In this document: piece after piece, positions 10,085-20,511 of the stretch
Position numbering within the stretch: position 1 is the stretch's first letter
How the letters are laid out: each line of letters begins with the position of its first letter
Assembly: GCA_963555755.3 (NCBI GenBank)
Contig: OY820905.2
Location: 3,296,001-3,360,000 of the forward strand
Reading direction: 5' to 3'
Length of the DNA: 64,000 nt
Source of the DNA: Nitrospirales bacterium
GTDB taxonomy: Bacteria > Nitrospirota > Nitrospiria > Nitrospirales > UBA8639
Notes under the pieces: generated by a model
What the model was told of the DNA's origin: nothing
The model's input: only the letters and a program-made list of their open reading frames with translations
Database searches by the model: none
Program-made: the position numbers and the translations under genes

Positions 10085-11542
10085 ATGAAAACGATTACCG
10101 CACAAGACTTGTATAATCTCACCAAATGCCATCATCGCGTGTACCTTGATGCCAATGGCAACCCCGAAGAAAAAGGGGAAGTCGGATCGTTTGTGAAGCT
10201 CCTCTGGGAGTTGGGGTTGCAAACCGAGCGCGAGTATATCGCGAGTATCGGGGATTTTCTTGTAGAAGATTTGGAAGCTCTGTCTGTTGAGCAGGCCTTT
10301 CATGAAACCATCAGATTGATGCGCGATGGCGCGCCCCTGATTTATCAAGGCTGCTTGATCGATGGGCCCTATGTCGGGCGTCCGGATTTGCTCGTGAAGC
10401 GGGAAGAGGGAGAGTCTCAGTTCGGGGCATACCTGTATGAGGCCATCGATATTAAAGCAGGCAGAGGGTGGGAACGAGCCGAAAGCCGCAAACCCAAGTT
10501 CAAGGAGCACTACGCGTTTCAGATTTTGTTTTATCGGATGCTGTTGACACGTATTCAGGGTGCCGTTGTTCCACTGGGTCGGATCATCAATATTGATAAA
10601 CAGATTGAAGAGTTTGATCCCATGAGTTTTGAGTTGCCGTTCCAAGCCGCGTTAGAGACAGCCTCCCAGCTTGTTCAGGGCAAGGAAACTTCCGAGCCAG
10701 TCCTGGGGAGCCAGTGTCTCTTGTGCGAGTGGTTTCGCCGATGTCACCGGTGGGTCAAGACGCACGATGATCCGTCAGGCTTGTTTTTTGTTGGGAAGCA
10801 AAAGTTTCGTCTCAAAGAGGTCGGTCTTCGGACGATCCATGATATCGCGAAGATGGACGTGCCTGAGTATCTCACCCCAGCAAACAAAATCCCGCGGATG
10901 GGTGAAAAAGCTTTAACACGGATGAAAGAAAGAGCCGGGGTTATGCTATCAGGGAAGCCGTGGATTCGGCAGGGTTATTCTTTTCCTCACACCGAGCGAG
11001 AGATTTACTTTGATATTGAAGACGATCCGACACAGGGCGTGACCTATCTGTTTGGCCTGTTAATCCACGATCCACACGTTCCCCCCGAGTTTCAATATTT
11101 CGTGGCGCGGGACCCTACAGAAGAAGAACAGACGGTTCGGGCATTTTGGGACTTTATCGCATCAGCCGGTGATGTGACGTATTATGTCTACTCGCACAAG
11201 GAACGCAGTTCGTTGCGACAGTTGATGGAGCGATATGGATTAGACCAAGACGTGTTCACCACCTATGTCGAACGAGAGTATGATCTCTATTCCGATTTGA
11301 TTGTGACCTATTCCGATTGGCCCACGTTTTCGTACAGCATTAAACAGATTGCGAAGCAGATCGGATTTCATTGGCGTGACACCGATCCTTCTGGGGCCAA
11401 CTCCATTGCGTGGTACAACGAGTACCTGGCCCACCCAGAGCAGGAACAACTTTTGACCCGAATTCTTCAATACAACGAAGATGATTGTCGGGCCATGGTC
11501 GCGTTGAAACAGTTTTTTGAAAAGCACTCGAATGAAGTATAA
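10085..11542 (+). CDS. TM0106 family RecB-like putative nuclease (PD-(D/E)xK plus C-terminal DEDD/RNase H-like domain)
   Basis: GRPDLL..YEAIDIK..QILFY; IYFDIEDDP..YLFG; YSIKQIA..GFHWRD; YNEDDC. Confidence 0.85.
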   Translation: MKTITAQDLYNLTKCHHRVYLDANGNPEEKGEVGSFVKLLWELGLQTEREYIASIGDFLVEDLEALSVEQAFHETIRLMRDGAPLIYQGCLIDGPYVGRPDLLVKREEGESQFGAYLYEAIDIKAGRGWERAESRKPKFKEHYAFQILFYRMLLTRIQGAVVPLGRIINIDKQIEEFDPMSFELPFQAALETASQLVQGKETSEPVLGSQCLLCEWFRRCHRWVKTHDDPSGLFFVGKQKFRLKEVGLRTIHDIAKMDVPEYLTPANKIPRMGEKALTRMKERAGVMLSGKPWIRQGYSFPHTEREIYFDIEDDPTQGVTYLFGLLIHDPHVPPEFQYFVARDPTEEEQTVRAFWDFIASAGDVTYYVYSHKERSSLRQLMERYGLDQDVFTTYVEREYDLYSDLIVTYSDWPTFSYSIKQIAKQIGFHWRDTDPSGANSIAWYNEYLAHPEQEQLLTRILQYNEDDCRAMVALKQFFEKHSNEV

Positions 11543-11584
11543 CCGGACGCGGAATAGGGGTGACACGCACCAATTGGAGAATTT

Positions 11585-13735
11585 TTAAATTTTGCCTGCG
11601 CTGCCTTTGCCTCGATGATTCAGCATCCAGTCTTGAGCATTCAGCGGGGTAACTTCCGGTCCGGGTTGCAGGCGTTCATAGCTGCCATCGGAGCACAAAC
11701 GGCGAGTCTTCAGATTATCATGAAAGTAGATTTCCAGAAGATCGTGTAATAGGGTCTCGCGAAGGCGAGCTGATTCCACAGGAAAGAGTATCTCGACCCG
11801 CCGATCCAAATTTCGAGGCATCAAGTCCGCACTCCCTAAAAACACTTCGTCTTGTCCTCCGTTTCGAAAATAATAGATTCGGGCATGTTCGAGAAAGCGC
11901 CCGACAATGGAGGTGACGGTAATATGCTCACTGACTCCGGGCATGCCTGGTCGTAAACCGCACACGCCTCTGATTTGGAGATGGATTTTCACGCCGGCTT
12001 GGGAAGCCCGGTAGAGCGCTTGAATGCAGGATTTGTCGGCTAACGCATTCATTTTGAAGGCGATATACCCATCCTGGCCCGTCTGTTGGTGTACGATTTC
12101 CCGGTTGATGCGTTCGAGGATTTGTTCTCGCATCATGCGCGGGGCTACGAGGAGTTTGTTATAGGTGGCTTTGCGCGAATATCCGGTGAGAGCGTTGAAT
12201 AAATCTGATACATCGGCTCCGACAGCAGGATGACAGGTGAAAAAGCTGAAGTCCGTGTACATACGACTGGTCACGGGATTGTAATTGCCTGTTCCCAAAT
12301 GAATATAGCGCCGAATGCCGTCTTCGTCACGACGGACGACGAGACACATCTTGGCGTGAGTCTTGAGTCCTAAGACCCCATACACGACGTGCACGCCTTC
12401 CGCTTCGAGCTTCCGCGCCCATTCGATATTATTTTCTTCATCGAACCTGGCTTTGAGCTCAAAGAGGACCGCTACCTGCTTGCCGTTTTGTCTGGCTTCC
12501 ATCAGGGCATCCACGATAGCCGAATTCGATCCTACCCGATACAAGGTTTGTTTGATCGCCAACACGTTGGAATCACTAGCGGCTTCACGAAGGAAATCCA
12601 CCACCGGCATGAAATTATCATACGGGTGATACAAGAGAACGTCTTCGCGTCGGATTGTGGAAAACAGGCTTTCGCTTTTCTGAAGAATGTCTGGCGTAGC
12701 AGGGAGAAAGGGAGGAAATTTGAGATCAGGCCGTTCGATTTTCGTTAATTCCATGAGGTTGGAGAGCCCGAGTGGAAGATCCTGAGTGTACACCTGATAG
12801 GGGGCCAAGTTCAGATTCCGCACGAGCACTTCCCGAATGCTGTCCGGGGTGGATTGGTCAATTTCCAAACGAACGACCGATCCGAAATGTCGTTGATCGA
12901 TCTGTTCTTCGATCGTTTCCAAAAGATCACCGGCTTCGTCTTCTTCGACTTCAAAATCCGCATCGCGGGTTATTCGGAAAGGGTAAGCGGCGATGATCTT
13001 TAACCCGGGAAACAGGAGCCCAATATTGGCGGCCACGACTTCTTCAAGCCAGACGAAGTTGTTCTCGGCTAATTCGGTCAACCCGAGTTGTTCGCTTTCC
13101 GTGACCCTATCTTCGTTGGGAATGCGGAGAAGGCGTGGAAAGGTGTCGGGGATTTTGACCCTAGCGAAACACTCCCCTCGCTCTGGATCCTTGGCAACGA
13201 CCGCTAGATTAAAACTTAGGTTCGAAATATGAGGAAACGGATGTGCTGGATCAAAGGCCAGGGGGGTCAGCGTGGGAAAGATTTCTCGTGAAAAATAGCG
13301 TCGCAAGAGTTGTCGCTGTTTGGGCTGAAGTTGATTGTAACGCAGGACATGGATGCCGGATAATTCAAGCTTAGGCAGAAGGTCGTTTTGCCAACAATGG
13401 GAAAAACGAGTGAGTTGGCCCATCAATTCCTGACGGACCGACGAAATTTGCTCGGACGGTGTCATGCCGTCCGGCGGGGCTTCCAGGACCCCTCCAGTTA
13501 ATTGTTCCCGGAGACCGGAAATCCGAATCATAAAAAATTCGTCAAGATTGCTGGAAAAGATGGAGAGGTATTTGACCCGTTCGAGGAGAGGTTGTTCAAT
13601 ATCTTCAGCTTCTTCAAGCACGCGGGCGTTGAACTGGAGCCAACTCAACTCCCGATTGATGTAGAGCCGAGGGGTGTCGAGGTCGACAGGATCGGTTACG
13701 ACCTTTAAAGGTAAGGGGGCAGGACTGGTTGACAT
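11585..13735 (-). CDS. ppk1: Polyphosphate kinase 1
   Basis: YINRELSWLQFNARVL, SNLDEFFMIR, LKTHAK, GRFLEHAR, SADLMPRNLDRRVE; start 13735 has GGAGG upstream, alternatives 13765 and 13807. Confidence 0.95.
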   Translation of the reverse strand: MSTSPAPLPLKVVTDPVDLDTPRLYINRELSWLQFNARVLEEAEDIEQPLLERVKYLSIFSSNLDEFFMIRISGLREQLTGGVLEAPPDGMTPSEQISSVRQELMGQLTRFSHCWQNDLLPKLELSGIHVLRYNQLQPKQRQLLRRYFSREIFPTLTPLAFDPAHPFPHISNLSFNLAVVAKDPERGECFARVKIPDTFPRLLRIPNEDRVTESEQLGLTELAENNFVWLEEVVAANIGLLFPGLKIIAAYPFRITRDADFEVEEDEAGDLLETIEEQIDQRHFGSVVRLEIDQSTPDSIREVLVRNLNLAPYQVYTQDLPLGLSNLMELTKIERPDLKFPPFLPATPDILQKSESLFSTIRREDVLLYHPYDNFMPVVDFLREAASDSNVLAIKQTLYRVGSNSAIVDALMEARQNGKQVAVLFELKARFDEENNIEWARKLEAEGVHVVYGVLGLKTHAKMCLVVRRDEDGIRRYIHLGTGNYNPVTSRMYTDFSFFTCHPAVGADVSDLFNALTGYSRKATYNKLLVAPRMMREQILERINREIVHQQTGQDGYIAFKMNALADKSCIQALYRASQAGVKIHLQIRGVCGLRPGMPGVSEHITVTSIVGRFLEHARIYYFRNGGQDEVFLGSADLMPRNLDRRVEILFPVESARLRETLLHDLLEIYFHDNLKTRRLCSDGSYERLQPGPEVTPLNAQDWMLNHRGKGSAGKI

Positions 13736-13866
13736 GGTCTCGACCTCCGCCGCTTCACTTCCCATCGTAATAGTAGGCAAAAGGTTTCGTTGCGACAAGG
13801 GGTTCATGGTGATCCGGCTCGGAGTGTGGTTCTTCTTGTATATCGGTTGTTTTGGGGGATTGTTTA

Positions 13867-14030
13867 ACCTAGAAACGGCAGTTGGGCGCAAAAAAGACGT
13901 GTAAGATATTGGTGTGCATGGTGAAATACAAAAAGTCGTGTCACCTCTCTGGTGATGAGACCTTTTTGTATTTTGCCAGGTGCGCCAAGGGCTTGCGCGG
14001 ACTTTTGTGATCCAACTGCTGTTTCTAGGT
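13867..14030. repeat. MITE family B (164 bp)
   Basis: TIR ACCTAGAAACGGCAGTTGG / CCAACTGCTGTTTCTAGGT with TTA duplication; interrupted copy at 54279-54869. Confidence 0.85.
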
Positions 14031-14038
14031 TTAAGGAC

Positions 14039-15499
14039 TCATGACGATTCTGAATAGGCCAAACGGCCACGCTTTTTCAGTTTGGCCCATTCTCGTGGAA
14101 AGGTGGCCCGGGCCTGCCGGCGACGAGACCGTAACCGTTCAAGCACTTGTCCCATTGCAAATGCCGTCTTGACCCCTCGCGTCGCTGGCAATAAGTCCCG
14201 AAGGTGTTTCTCGGCGATGATAGTATCCTGATGGTCGCCCAGCAGGTCCTGGACGCGCTTGGTTTGTTGGATGAACCGCGATGCGGCCCTTTCCATGGTG
14301 CCTTGAGCTAATTCGGCAGCATATCGAGCCCGTTTTGTTCGAACGCGGACCCGGTGGAGTTCCTGATCAGAGGGATCCGCGCTCAAGTGTTGAACCTCTC
14401 GTCGAAGTTTGTTGAATTCCTTGCGGGCGAGTTGTTGAAGCGAAGTGTCCTCACCGGTATTCACCATAGGGTGTTGAATGGCTTCCTCCAGGTGATTGAG
14501 AAGTTTGAGATATCGATCGCTCCGAAGTGTATCGAGTAATTGGGCACGGGCGATGGACCGTTGTGTCTCAAGCGTGGCCAACACGCGTTCAAAGATGTTT
14601 CGTTCCGCCAGGAGAAGAGACGATCCCTCATGATGGAGATATTCGAGAAGGACATCATAATCCCGCACGGCTCCCAGGACCCGGCCCAACCAACCCACTT
14701 CTGTCCGGAGAGGGTCACTCCATTCCGGCAGGAGTAACACCCGTCCTATCCGGAGGAGTGCTCGAAACCGTCTTGTGCTGACCCGCATTTGATGCAGCTC
14801 TTCGGGGTCTTTTCCGAATCGTGTTCCAGGATCATGAAGAAGGAGTCCTTTGACCTCTTGTTGGAGCATGACTTTGATATGGTCGATAGGCGCTGCGGAG
14901 GGGTGAACCCCAGGCGGATCGGTTTCAAACTGAATCCCAAGGGCCTTGATCACCTTCGGCCGAGGGTCTCCATCTTCTGCCCCAGCGGCTCGAAGAAGGA
15001 ATACCAGCCGTTTCAGTTCTTTCTCATTCCCGCCTAAGAGTTCAATCTCAATCTCGGAAAATCGCTCGATTGTCCGACGGCCATCCAGGATGGTCACCCG
15101 ATCGGTCACGATATCCGCAAGCGGACCATCAAGAGTGGTCACCCGGATGCCTGACCGTTTGATTTGAAGTTTTGCCACCGAAGAGCATGTTTCTTTACGC
15201 AAAAGCCCAAAGAGTAAATCAAGGAACGGTTCGGGGGGAGTGGGACGATTTCCGGGAATCTCAAGTTCCAACCTCGCCTGGTGTTGAGGAAGTTGGAGCT
15301 GCCAACGCACCTTTCGATTTTCCGTTCGGCGACGAAGCGTGATTCCCAACCGGGCCAATGTATACGCCGGGGTATCGAAGTACGTGGAGGTGAAAACCCG
15401 AGGGACGAGAGGCTCACCGGGAATATCGGGGAGACGAAAGCGTGATCCAATACTCAGCTTGATTCCTCGCTCAACTCTTTTGCGCAACGTGTATTCCAT
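14039..15499 (-). CDS. CYTH plus CHAD domain protein
   Basis: STYFDT..LRRR, EIEIEL; LHQMRVSTRRFRA, VRDYDV, LHRVRVRTKRARY, LGDHQD. Confidence 0.9.
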   Translation of the reverse strand: MEYTLRKRVERGIKLSIGSRFRLPDIPGEPLVPRVFTSTYFDTPAYTLARLGITLRRRTENRKVRWQLQLPQHQARLELEIPGNRPTPPEPFLDLLFGLLRKETCSSVAKLQIKRSGIRVTTLDGPLADIVTDRVTILDGRRTIERFSEIEIELLGGNEKELKRLVFLLRAAGAEDGDPRPKVIKALGIQFETDPPGVHPSAAPIDHIKVMLQQEVKGLLLHDPGTRFGKDPEELHQMRVSTRRFRALLRIGRVLLLPEWSDPLRTEVGWLGRVLGAVRDYDVLLEYLHHEGSSLLLAERNIFERVLATLETQRSIARAQLLDTLRSDRYLKLLNHLEEAIQHPMVNTGEDTSLQQLARKEFNKLRREVQHLSADPSDQELHRVRVRTKRARYAAELAQGTMERAASRFIQQTKRVQDLLGDHQDTIIAEKHLRDLLPATRGVKTAFAMGQVLERLRSRRRQARATFPREWAKLKKRGRLAYSESS

Positions 15500-15656
15500 A
15501 ATCGGATGGCAAGCAAAGGTTTATAAAAACCCAGTGAAATTCGGAAACAAAAATTTTAACATGTCTGACCTCACAACAGTATGAAATTTTTGGTGGTGGC
15601 ATGGGTTGTTATGGAGGGGCCAAGTAGTAGAAAATACCCCGCTAACTCTTATAGGT

Positions 15657-15738
15657 CACCCCTTTGGACAAGGGGGTGAGGGGGATGTTCCAATCTCTTT
15701 TCCTCCTGAATACCCCGCTGCTTGCGGCGGGGATTATT
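15657..15738. repeat. CCCCTT-type palindrome plus IS200/IS605-end-like hairpin; second copy at about 18304-18382
   Basis: ccctttgga.aagggg..gaggggga and gaatacc.c.c.gcttg.gcggggattatt in both copies. Confidence 0.55.
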
Positions 15739-15778
15739 AATTCTCACGAATCCAAATAAAGGTACCATCATTTTGAAC

Positions 15779-16564
15779 ATGAACACATTGGACTTAGAAG
15801 CATTGCTGACTCTTGCCGTGGGGGCGGCTGAGGCTCCAGCCCCACACATTGTACAGTGGTTTGAGGCGGACCGATTATCCGTTGAACGCAAAGGCGATGG
15901 ATCTCCGGTCACCATTGCCGATCGTGAGGCGGAACAAACCATTCGACAAATCTTATCCGAACATCCACTCGCCTCCTCATTTGACATTCTTGGGGAAGAG
16001 TACGGGCAAAAAGAACAGGGTGCCCGATTCCGGTGGTTGGTCGATCCCATTGATGGCACGCGATCCTTTGTCAATCATATTCCATTGTTTGGCACCATCG
16101 TGGCATTGGAAGATACCGTGGAGCAAACCACATTGATCGGGGTGATTCATCTGCCGGTTTTGCAACGAACGTATGCGGCGGCTCGTGGATTAGGTGCTCA
16201 TTGCAATGGGGCTTCTCTTTCTGTCGCTCAACCCAAGCCCATTGAAGAGGCAATGATTGCAACCGGAGACATCGCCCAATTCATGAGCGTGGGACGGGAG
16301 AACACCTACAAGATATTAGCCGAGCATTGTCCCTATTTGCGCACCTACACCGATTGCTTCGGTCATACGTTGGTGGTAAGCGGGGCGGTGTCAGCCATGC
16401 TCGATCCTGCTCTCAATCCATGGGATGCCCTAGCCACGCAGGTGTTGGTTGAGGAAGCCGGCGGCACGATGATCATGCGGCCTTCGACAATTTCCAACAA
16501 GGTCGATGTGCTCTTTGGCACCCCAGCGATGGTCGAGCAGTTGAAAAAACTCGTCGAGTTTTAA
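15779..16564 (+). CDS. Inositol-monophosphatase family phosphatase (HisN-like)
   Basis: KGDGSPVTIADREAE, GEE, WLVDPIDGTRSF, NPWD. Confidence 0.85.
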   Translation: MNTLDLEALLTLAVGAAEAPAPHIVQWFEADRLSVERKGDGSPVTIADREAEQTIRQILSEHPLASSFDILGEEYGQKEQGARFRWLVDPIDGTRSFVNHIPLFGTIVALEDTVEQTTLIGVIHLPVLQRTYAAARGLGAHCNGASLSVAQPKPIEEAMIATGDIAQFMSVGRENTYKILAEHCPYLRTYTDCFGHTLVVSGAVSAMLDPALNPWDALATQVLVEEAGGTMIMRPSTISNKVDVLFGTPAMVEQLKKLVEF

Positions 16565-16634
16565 TGGTGTTCAGGTTTCTCCAATAGCGCATCATTCTCG
16601 CAACCGATCGTTCTTTTCCTATGTAGGATAGATA

Positions 16635-17609
16635 ATGGCAAAACTCGCCGTCGTTGATATCGGAACCAATTCCATTCATATGGTCCTGGCGGATATTGAC
16701 CCGGATGGGTTGTATAAGATTTTGGACCGGTTCAAAGATATGACGCGGCTGGGGGATGGGACGTTTCAGCGGAAATGTTTATCCGAGGCGGCCATGACAC
16801 GAGGGGTTGAGGTGCTTCGCACTCTTACCACTCTGGCCAGAAATAAAGGCTTTTCAAAAATAGTGATGGCGGCCACGAGCGCCGTGCGTGAAGCCAAAAA
16901 TGGTGGGCAGTTCATCGAAGCTGTGGCCGAGCAAACCCAAGTGCGCATGCGTGTGGTCACGGGGCAGGAAGAAGCCCGCCTGATTTATTTGGGTATCCGC
17001 CAGAGCATGGAATTAACGGATATCCCTTCCCTGATGGTGGACATTGGCGGTGGGTCCGTGGAAGTTATTGCGGGCACTCGGGATCGCCTGGTTGGGTCCC
17101 AAAGTTTGAAACTTGGGGCAATCCGTCTGAAAGACAAATTTTTAGCCAAGGCTCCTCCTTCCAACAGTCAGCTTCGCGAACTGTATACAGCTGTTGAGCA
17201 TGAACTTCGTGAAGCCTTGCATCAATTAAAACTCGATAAGGTGGACCGAATCATTGCCTCTTCAGGCATGGCTGCCAATCTTGCCGAGATCGTCTATTTC
17301 CAACGGACGGGCCAGGAGATCCCCCAACTCAACATGGCCACGATGAGTCTCAAGGAGATTTCCCTTATTGAAGAGCGCTTGGCCACGAGTGATAGAGAAA
17401 AACGGTTGGAAATTCCTAGGCTGGATTCTCAGCGGGTCGATACGCTGTTACCCGCTGCCACAATCATTCGAACCATACTAGAACTGACAGGCCAGAAGGA
17501 GGTCACGATCAGCGACAAAGCCCTTCGGGAGGGGTTGATTGATGATTTCATTCAAAAAAACCCTAAAACCATCCGGGGAAAAAACCCGGAAACAATCCGA
17601 ATCAAGTAA
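16635..17609 (+). CDS. ppx: Ppx/GppA exopolyphosphatase, catalytic domains only; C-terminal HD part lost
   Basis: DIGTNS, ATSAVREAKN, EEARL, DIGGGSVE, ALREG; in-frame TAA followed by a ppx-like remnant. Confidence 0.8.
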   Translation: MAKLAVVDIGTNSIHMVLADIDPDGLYKILDRFKDMTRLGDGTFQRKCLSEAAMTRGVEVLRTLTTLARNKGFSKIVMAATSAVREAKNGGQFIEAVAEQTQVRMRVVTGQEEARLIYLGIRQSMELTDIPSLMVDIGGGSVEVIAGTRDRLVGSQSLKLGAIRLKDKFLAKAPPSNSQLRELYTAVEHELREALHQLKLDKVDRIIASSGMAANLAEIVYFQRTGQEIPQLNMATMSLKEISLIEERLATSDREKRLEIPRLDSQRVDTLLPAATIIRTILELTGQKEVTISDKALREGLIDDFIQKNPKTIRGKNPETIRIK

Positions 17610-17709
17610 GAGGTGCCACATATGCGCCTTCTCAATGTCATCGATTTGGGCTACGTCATAAATCCTCGACAACACCACATGCTGGCCTATTTTCTATGCC
17701 ATCGATGTG

Positions 17710-18216
17710 TCATTTCCCCTTACCCAAACGTCGCAAGTGAGTCGCCGGCAACCACCATTCAAGAAACCCGGCCCCAGCACGTGGGGTTCCCTCAAAATAG
17801 ATGGAACAGGCCCCGGCCTTTTTTAACGACAGCCCCAAGACAGATTGCCCACAGATCATTACCCCAGCGGTGAACCCAAGATGCGGCTCGTGCCCTACGC
17901 ATAAGACCGTGTCCTCACGAGAAAATGAAGAAAAGAATCCCAGGATTTCTTCCGGCGAGGCCTCAGACAGTAATTCTCGACACAACTGAGGGTCGCCCGG
18001 AAATCCCAAAATGTCTTTGGCGATTTTCGCGGTTTGTTGTGTGCGTATAAAAGGACTACACAATAATTGAGTGGGGCGAACGTCGAACTGCCCCAACCCT
18101 TTCACGGCCTTTTTGGTTTTCTCGATCCCTTCTTCGGTCAACGGCCGAGTCCGGTCACCACCATTCCAATCGTGCCACTCAACGGCAATGCCATGGCGAA
18201 ACAAAATGCAACGCAT
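17710..18216 (-). CDS. sixA: Phosphohistidine phosphatase SixA, copy 1
   Basis: FRHG, RPLT..G, SP..RT.QTA, VGHEP. Confidence 0.9.
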   Translation of the reverse strand: MRCILFRHGIAVEWHDWNGGDRTRPLTEEGIEKTKKAVKGLGQFDVRPTQLLCSPFIRTQQTAKIAKDILGFPGDPQLCRELLSEASPEEILGFFSSFSREDTVLCVGHEPHLGFTAGVMICGQSVLGLSLKKAGACSIYFEGTPRAGAGFLEWWLPATHLRRLGKGK

Positions 18217-18466
18217 AAGACCTCATGACTCACAAACCTTGTTATTCCCCATCCCTATTCGACGGGGTGACCATTGAGGCCTACCCGAGTCTTATCGAAG
18301 TGTCTCCCTTTGGAAAAGGGGAGGAGGGGGATTTTTAAATATTTTTTTCGGCTGAATACTCCACCGCTTGAGCGGGGATTATTTAATGGAAAGAAGCGGA
18401 TTCTAACAGAGGAGGATTCACTAGGAAAGGTAGAGTTCGTCAAAACTTACGCCGGATTACCGCTTG

Positions 18467-18889
18467 TTAACATTTATCAAGGGCGATCTTGAAGAAATTC
18501 TTTGATCCTTCTTTCGATGGCGTCACAAACTTCACGAAACACCTGTTTTCGTTCTTCCAAGGTGCCTTCCGTTTGTGCCAATCAGGAACCCCCCAGTGAA
18601 GGACATGGCCAGCATTGGCAAAAGCCAGACAGGTTTCCCGGGCATGGTCGCAGACAGAAATCACATAATCGAGATGTTGACCCACAAATTAATCTACGGA
18701 TATTGATTGATGGGATAAATATCCACCCCACGCTCCTTCATAAGATTCAACAGCCATCTGATTAAGCCCCTGCGGATTCGTCCTTGCGCTTAAGGCTTCG
18801 AATTGATCGTCCGCTAAATGGCGAAGCCAACCCTCAGCCATCTGACTGCGGCACGAATTACCAGTCTACAGAAAAAGCACTTGTTTCAT
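18467..18889 (-). pseudogene. arsC: ArsC/LMW-PTP arsenate reductase pseudogene
   Basis: MKQVLFL*TGNSCRSQMAEG with TAG at 18866-18868; later DYVISVCD..ETC and HW in a shifted frame. Confidence 0.85.
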
Positions 18890-19270
18890 AATGTAAGTTT
18901 GATCATTTCTCCATTACAAGTCTGGGTGTAATAGGGAGTCAAAATACTATCATGGATCATTTTTGTCCAAAACAGAAGGCTAAGATTGGCTTTCCCACTG
19001 ATAGCCATGGGCTTTAATTGGTTTTGGACAGCACAGGGGGCAAAATTTGAAAATCGCACATTCTCCGTCAAAAACCCGCATAAACATTGACCGCGATGTG
19101 CTAGGTTTTGGGTGTTTTGGACGGCAGTGATCATGGATAAACAATCGAGTCTGTCACCTTTTATTCTCACGCGCCGCTAATTGTCTGATAATTTCAAAGA
19201 GCTTATACTGCCGAACCAATGAATCGGTCGCCGCTTTCGTGAGCCAGAGCGCTTCCCCGCGCGCGATGTT

Positions 19271-19495
19271 GTGTTCGACTCGTCGCTCTGTTCGATCCAA
19301 GCAGTACTTCCCCCACAGGTTGCGCTGGAGCTGAAGTTCGATTCGATAATCTTTTCCGAGTTCTTCGAAAACGATGAGGCCGCAGAGTTACGCGCCGTGG
19401 GTAGCGCTGGAACTATCGTCCTCCAGGGCGAACAACTTCGGAGGCACCTCGTTGAACGTTCGGGGTCCTACGTCCTGGAATACGGAGGTGCGTAA
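19271..19495 (+). CDS. Hypothetical or fragmentary ORF, possibly a gene-cassette remnant
   Basis: Bounded by GTTCGAC and GTTGAAC; no recognisable domain. Confidence 0.3.
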   Translation: MFDSSLCSIQAVLPPQVALELKFDSIIFSEFFENDEAAELRAVGSAGTIVLQGEQLRRHLVERSGSYVLEYGGA

Positions 19496-19807
19496 GCCGC
19501 CGTTGAACAAGGGCATAAAGCGATCGTTGATTAGCTAGGTTCAAAATTCCGCTATACCATCCAGCAGCAACCTTTTCAGGCTCGGCGCACTCGGTGGTGC
19601 TATTCAAACTGCGCTTGAAATTTAGTGGCTGTTCTGTAGTTGGAAGGATTCCGGGGTTGTTTCGCATTTCGCGGGGGACCATTGGACTGCGACGACGCGA
19701 ATGATGGCGAGATCTAGTAGGATGCCGCCGAGAATGTTCCATAATATAGCAAGCGTTCGCCAGCACGGAAATCCCACCAACGGTTATTGTGCTCTGAGTT
19801 TCAGTCG

Positions 19808-19827
19808 GATATACTTTGGCTATACTT
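19808..19827 (+). promoter_or_regulatory. Putative mazEF operator/-10 region
   Basis: GATATAC..CTATAC repeats just upstream of the GGAGG RBS of the antitoxin. Confidence 0.4.
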
Positions 19828-19851
19828 CTATTTCTCAAGGGGAGGGCAATC

Positions 19852-20100
19852 ATGATGACCAAAGTGCAAAAATGGGGCAACAGCCAAGGCCTCCGATTCC
19901 CAAAGGCCTTGTTGGAGGACGCCAACGTGAAAGTGGGCGATCCTGTTCAGGTGTCGGTCCAAGGACAGAAAATTATTATCGAACCACTGAAAACAATCCG
20001 TGGCAAATACAACTTGAAAACGTTGGTCTCAAAAATGCCGAAGGGCTCTTCGGTTGAAGAAGCGGGATGGGGAGTTCCAGTCGGGAAGGAGGCATGGTAA
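19852..20100 (+). CDS. mazE: MazE/AbrB-family antitoxin
   Basis: KVQKWGNSQGLRFPK, C-terminal WG.PVGKEAW. Confidence 0.92.
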   Translation: MMTKVQKWGNSQGLRFPKALLEDANVKVGDPVQVSVQGQKIIIEPLKTIRGKYNLKTLVSKMPKGSSVEEAGWGVPVGKEAW

Positions 20101-20436
20101 ATGCCAACCTATATCCCGAAAAAAGGGGATTGTGTTATCTTGAGCTTCGATCCGCAGTCTGGCCATGAACAAAAAGGCCGACGTCCCGCCTTAGTCGTGA
20201 GCAACACCCTGTTCAATAAGCACACCGGTCTTGCCATGGTGTGCCCTATCACAAAGACGAGTAGGGATTATCCTTTTCATGTGAAGGTACCCGATCGGTC
20301 AGCCCTGAGTGGATTCATTATGGTCGAACAGATCAAGTCGGTTGATTACGGGAGTCGGAAAATCAAGTTCGTCGAAAAAGTTCCTCAGGCCGTTCTCAAC
20401 GATGTTCTGGGTATTTTGGATGCGTGCCTGTACTAG
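20101..20436 (+). CDS. mazF: MazF/PemK endoribonuclease toxin
   Basis: FDPQSGHEQKGRRPALVVS, CPIT, YPFHV, QIKSVD. Confidence 0.93.
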   Translation: MPTYIPKKGDCVILSFDPQSGHEQKGRRPALVVSNTLFNKHTGLAMVCPITKTSRDYPFHVKVPDRSALSGFIMVEQIKSVDYGSRKIKFVEKVPQAVLNDVLGILDACLY

Positions 20437-20511
20437 GAAACGCAAATAATAGTCTTGAAGGGGATGCGACATCGGTGGCACCTTCATGCCAATCTATAGG
20501 AAGGTGTAAAC

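Noticed and set aside
18886..19925. ORFs of 94, 170 and 118 aa around the mazEF promoter
   Set aside because: No recognisable domains; they overlap other features and are probably degraded DNA
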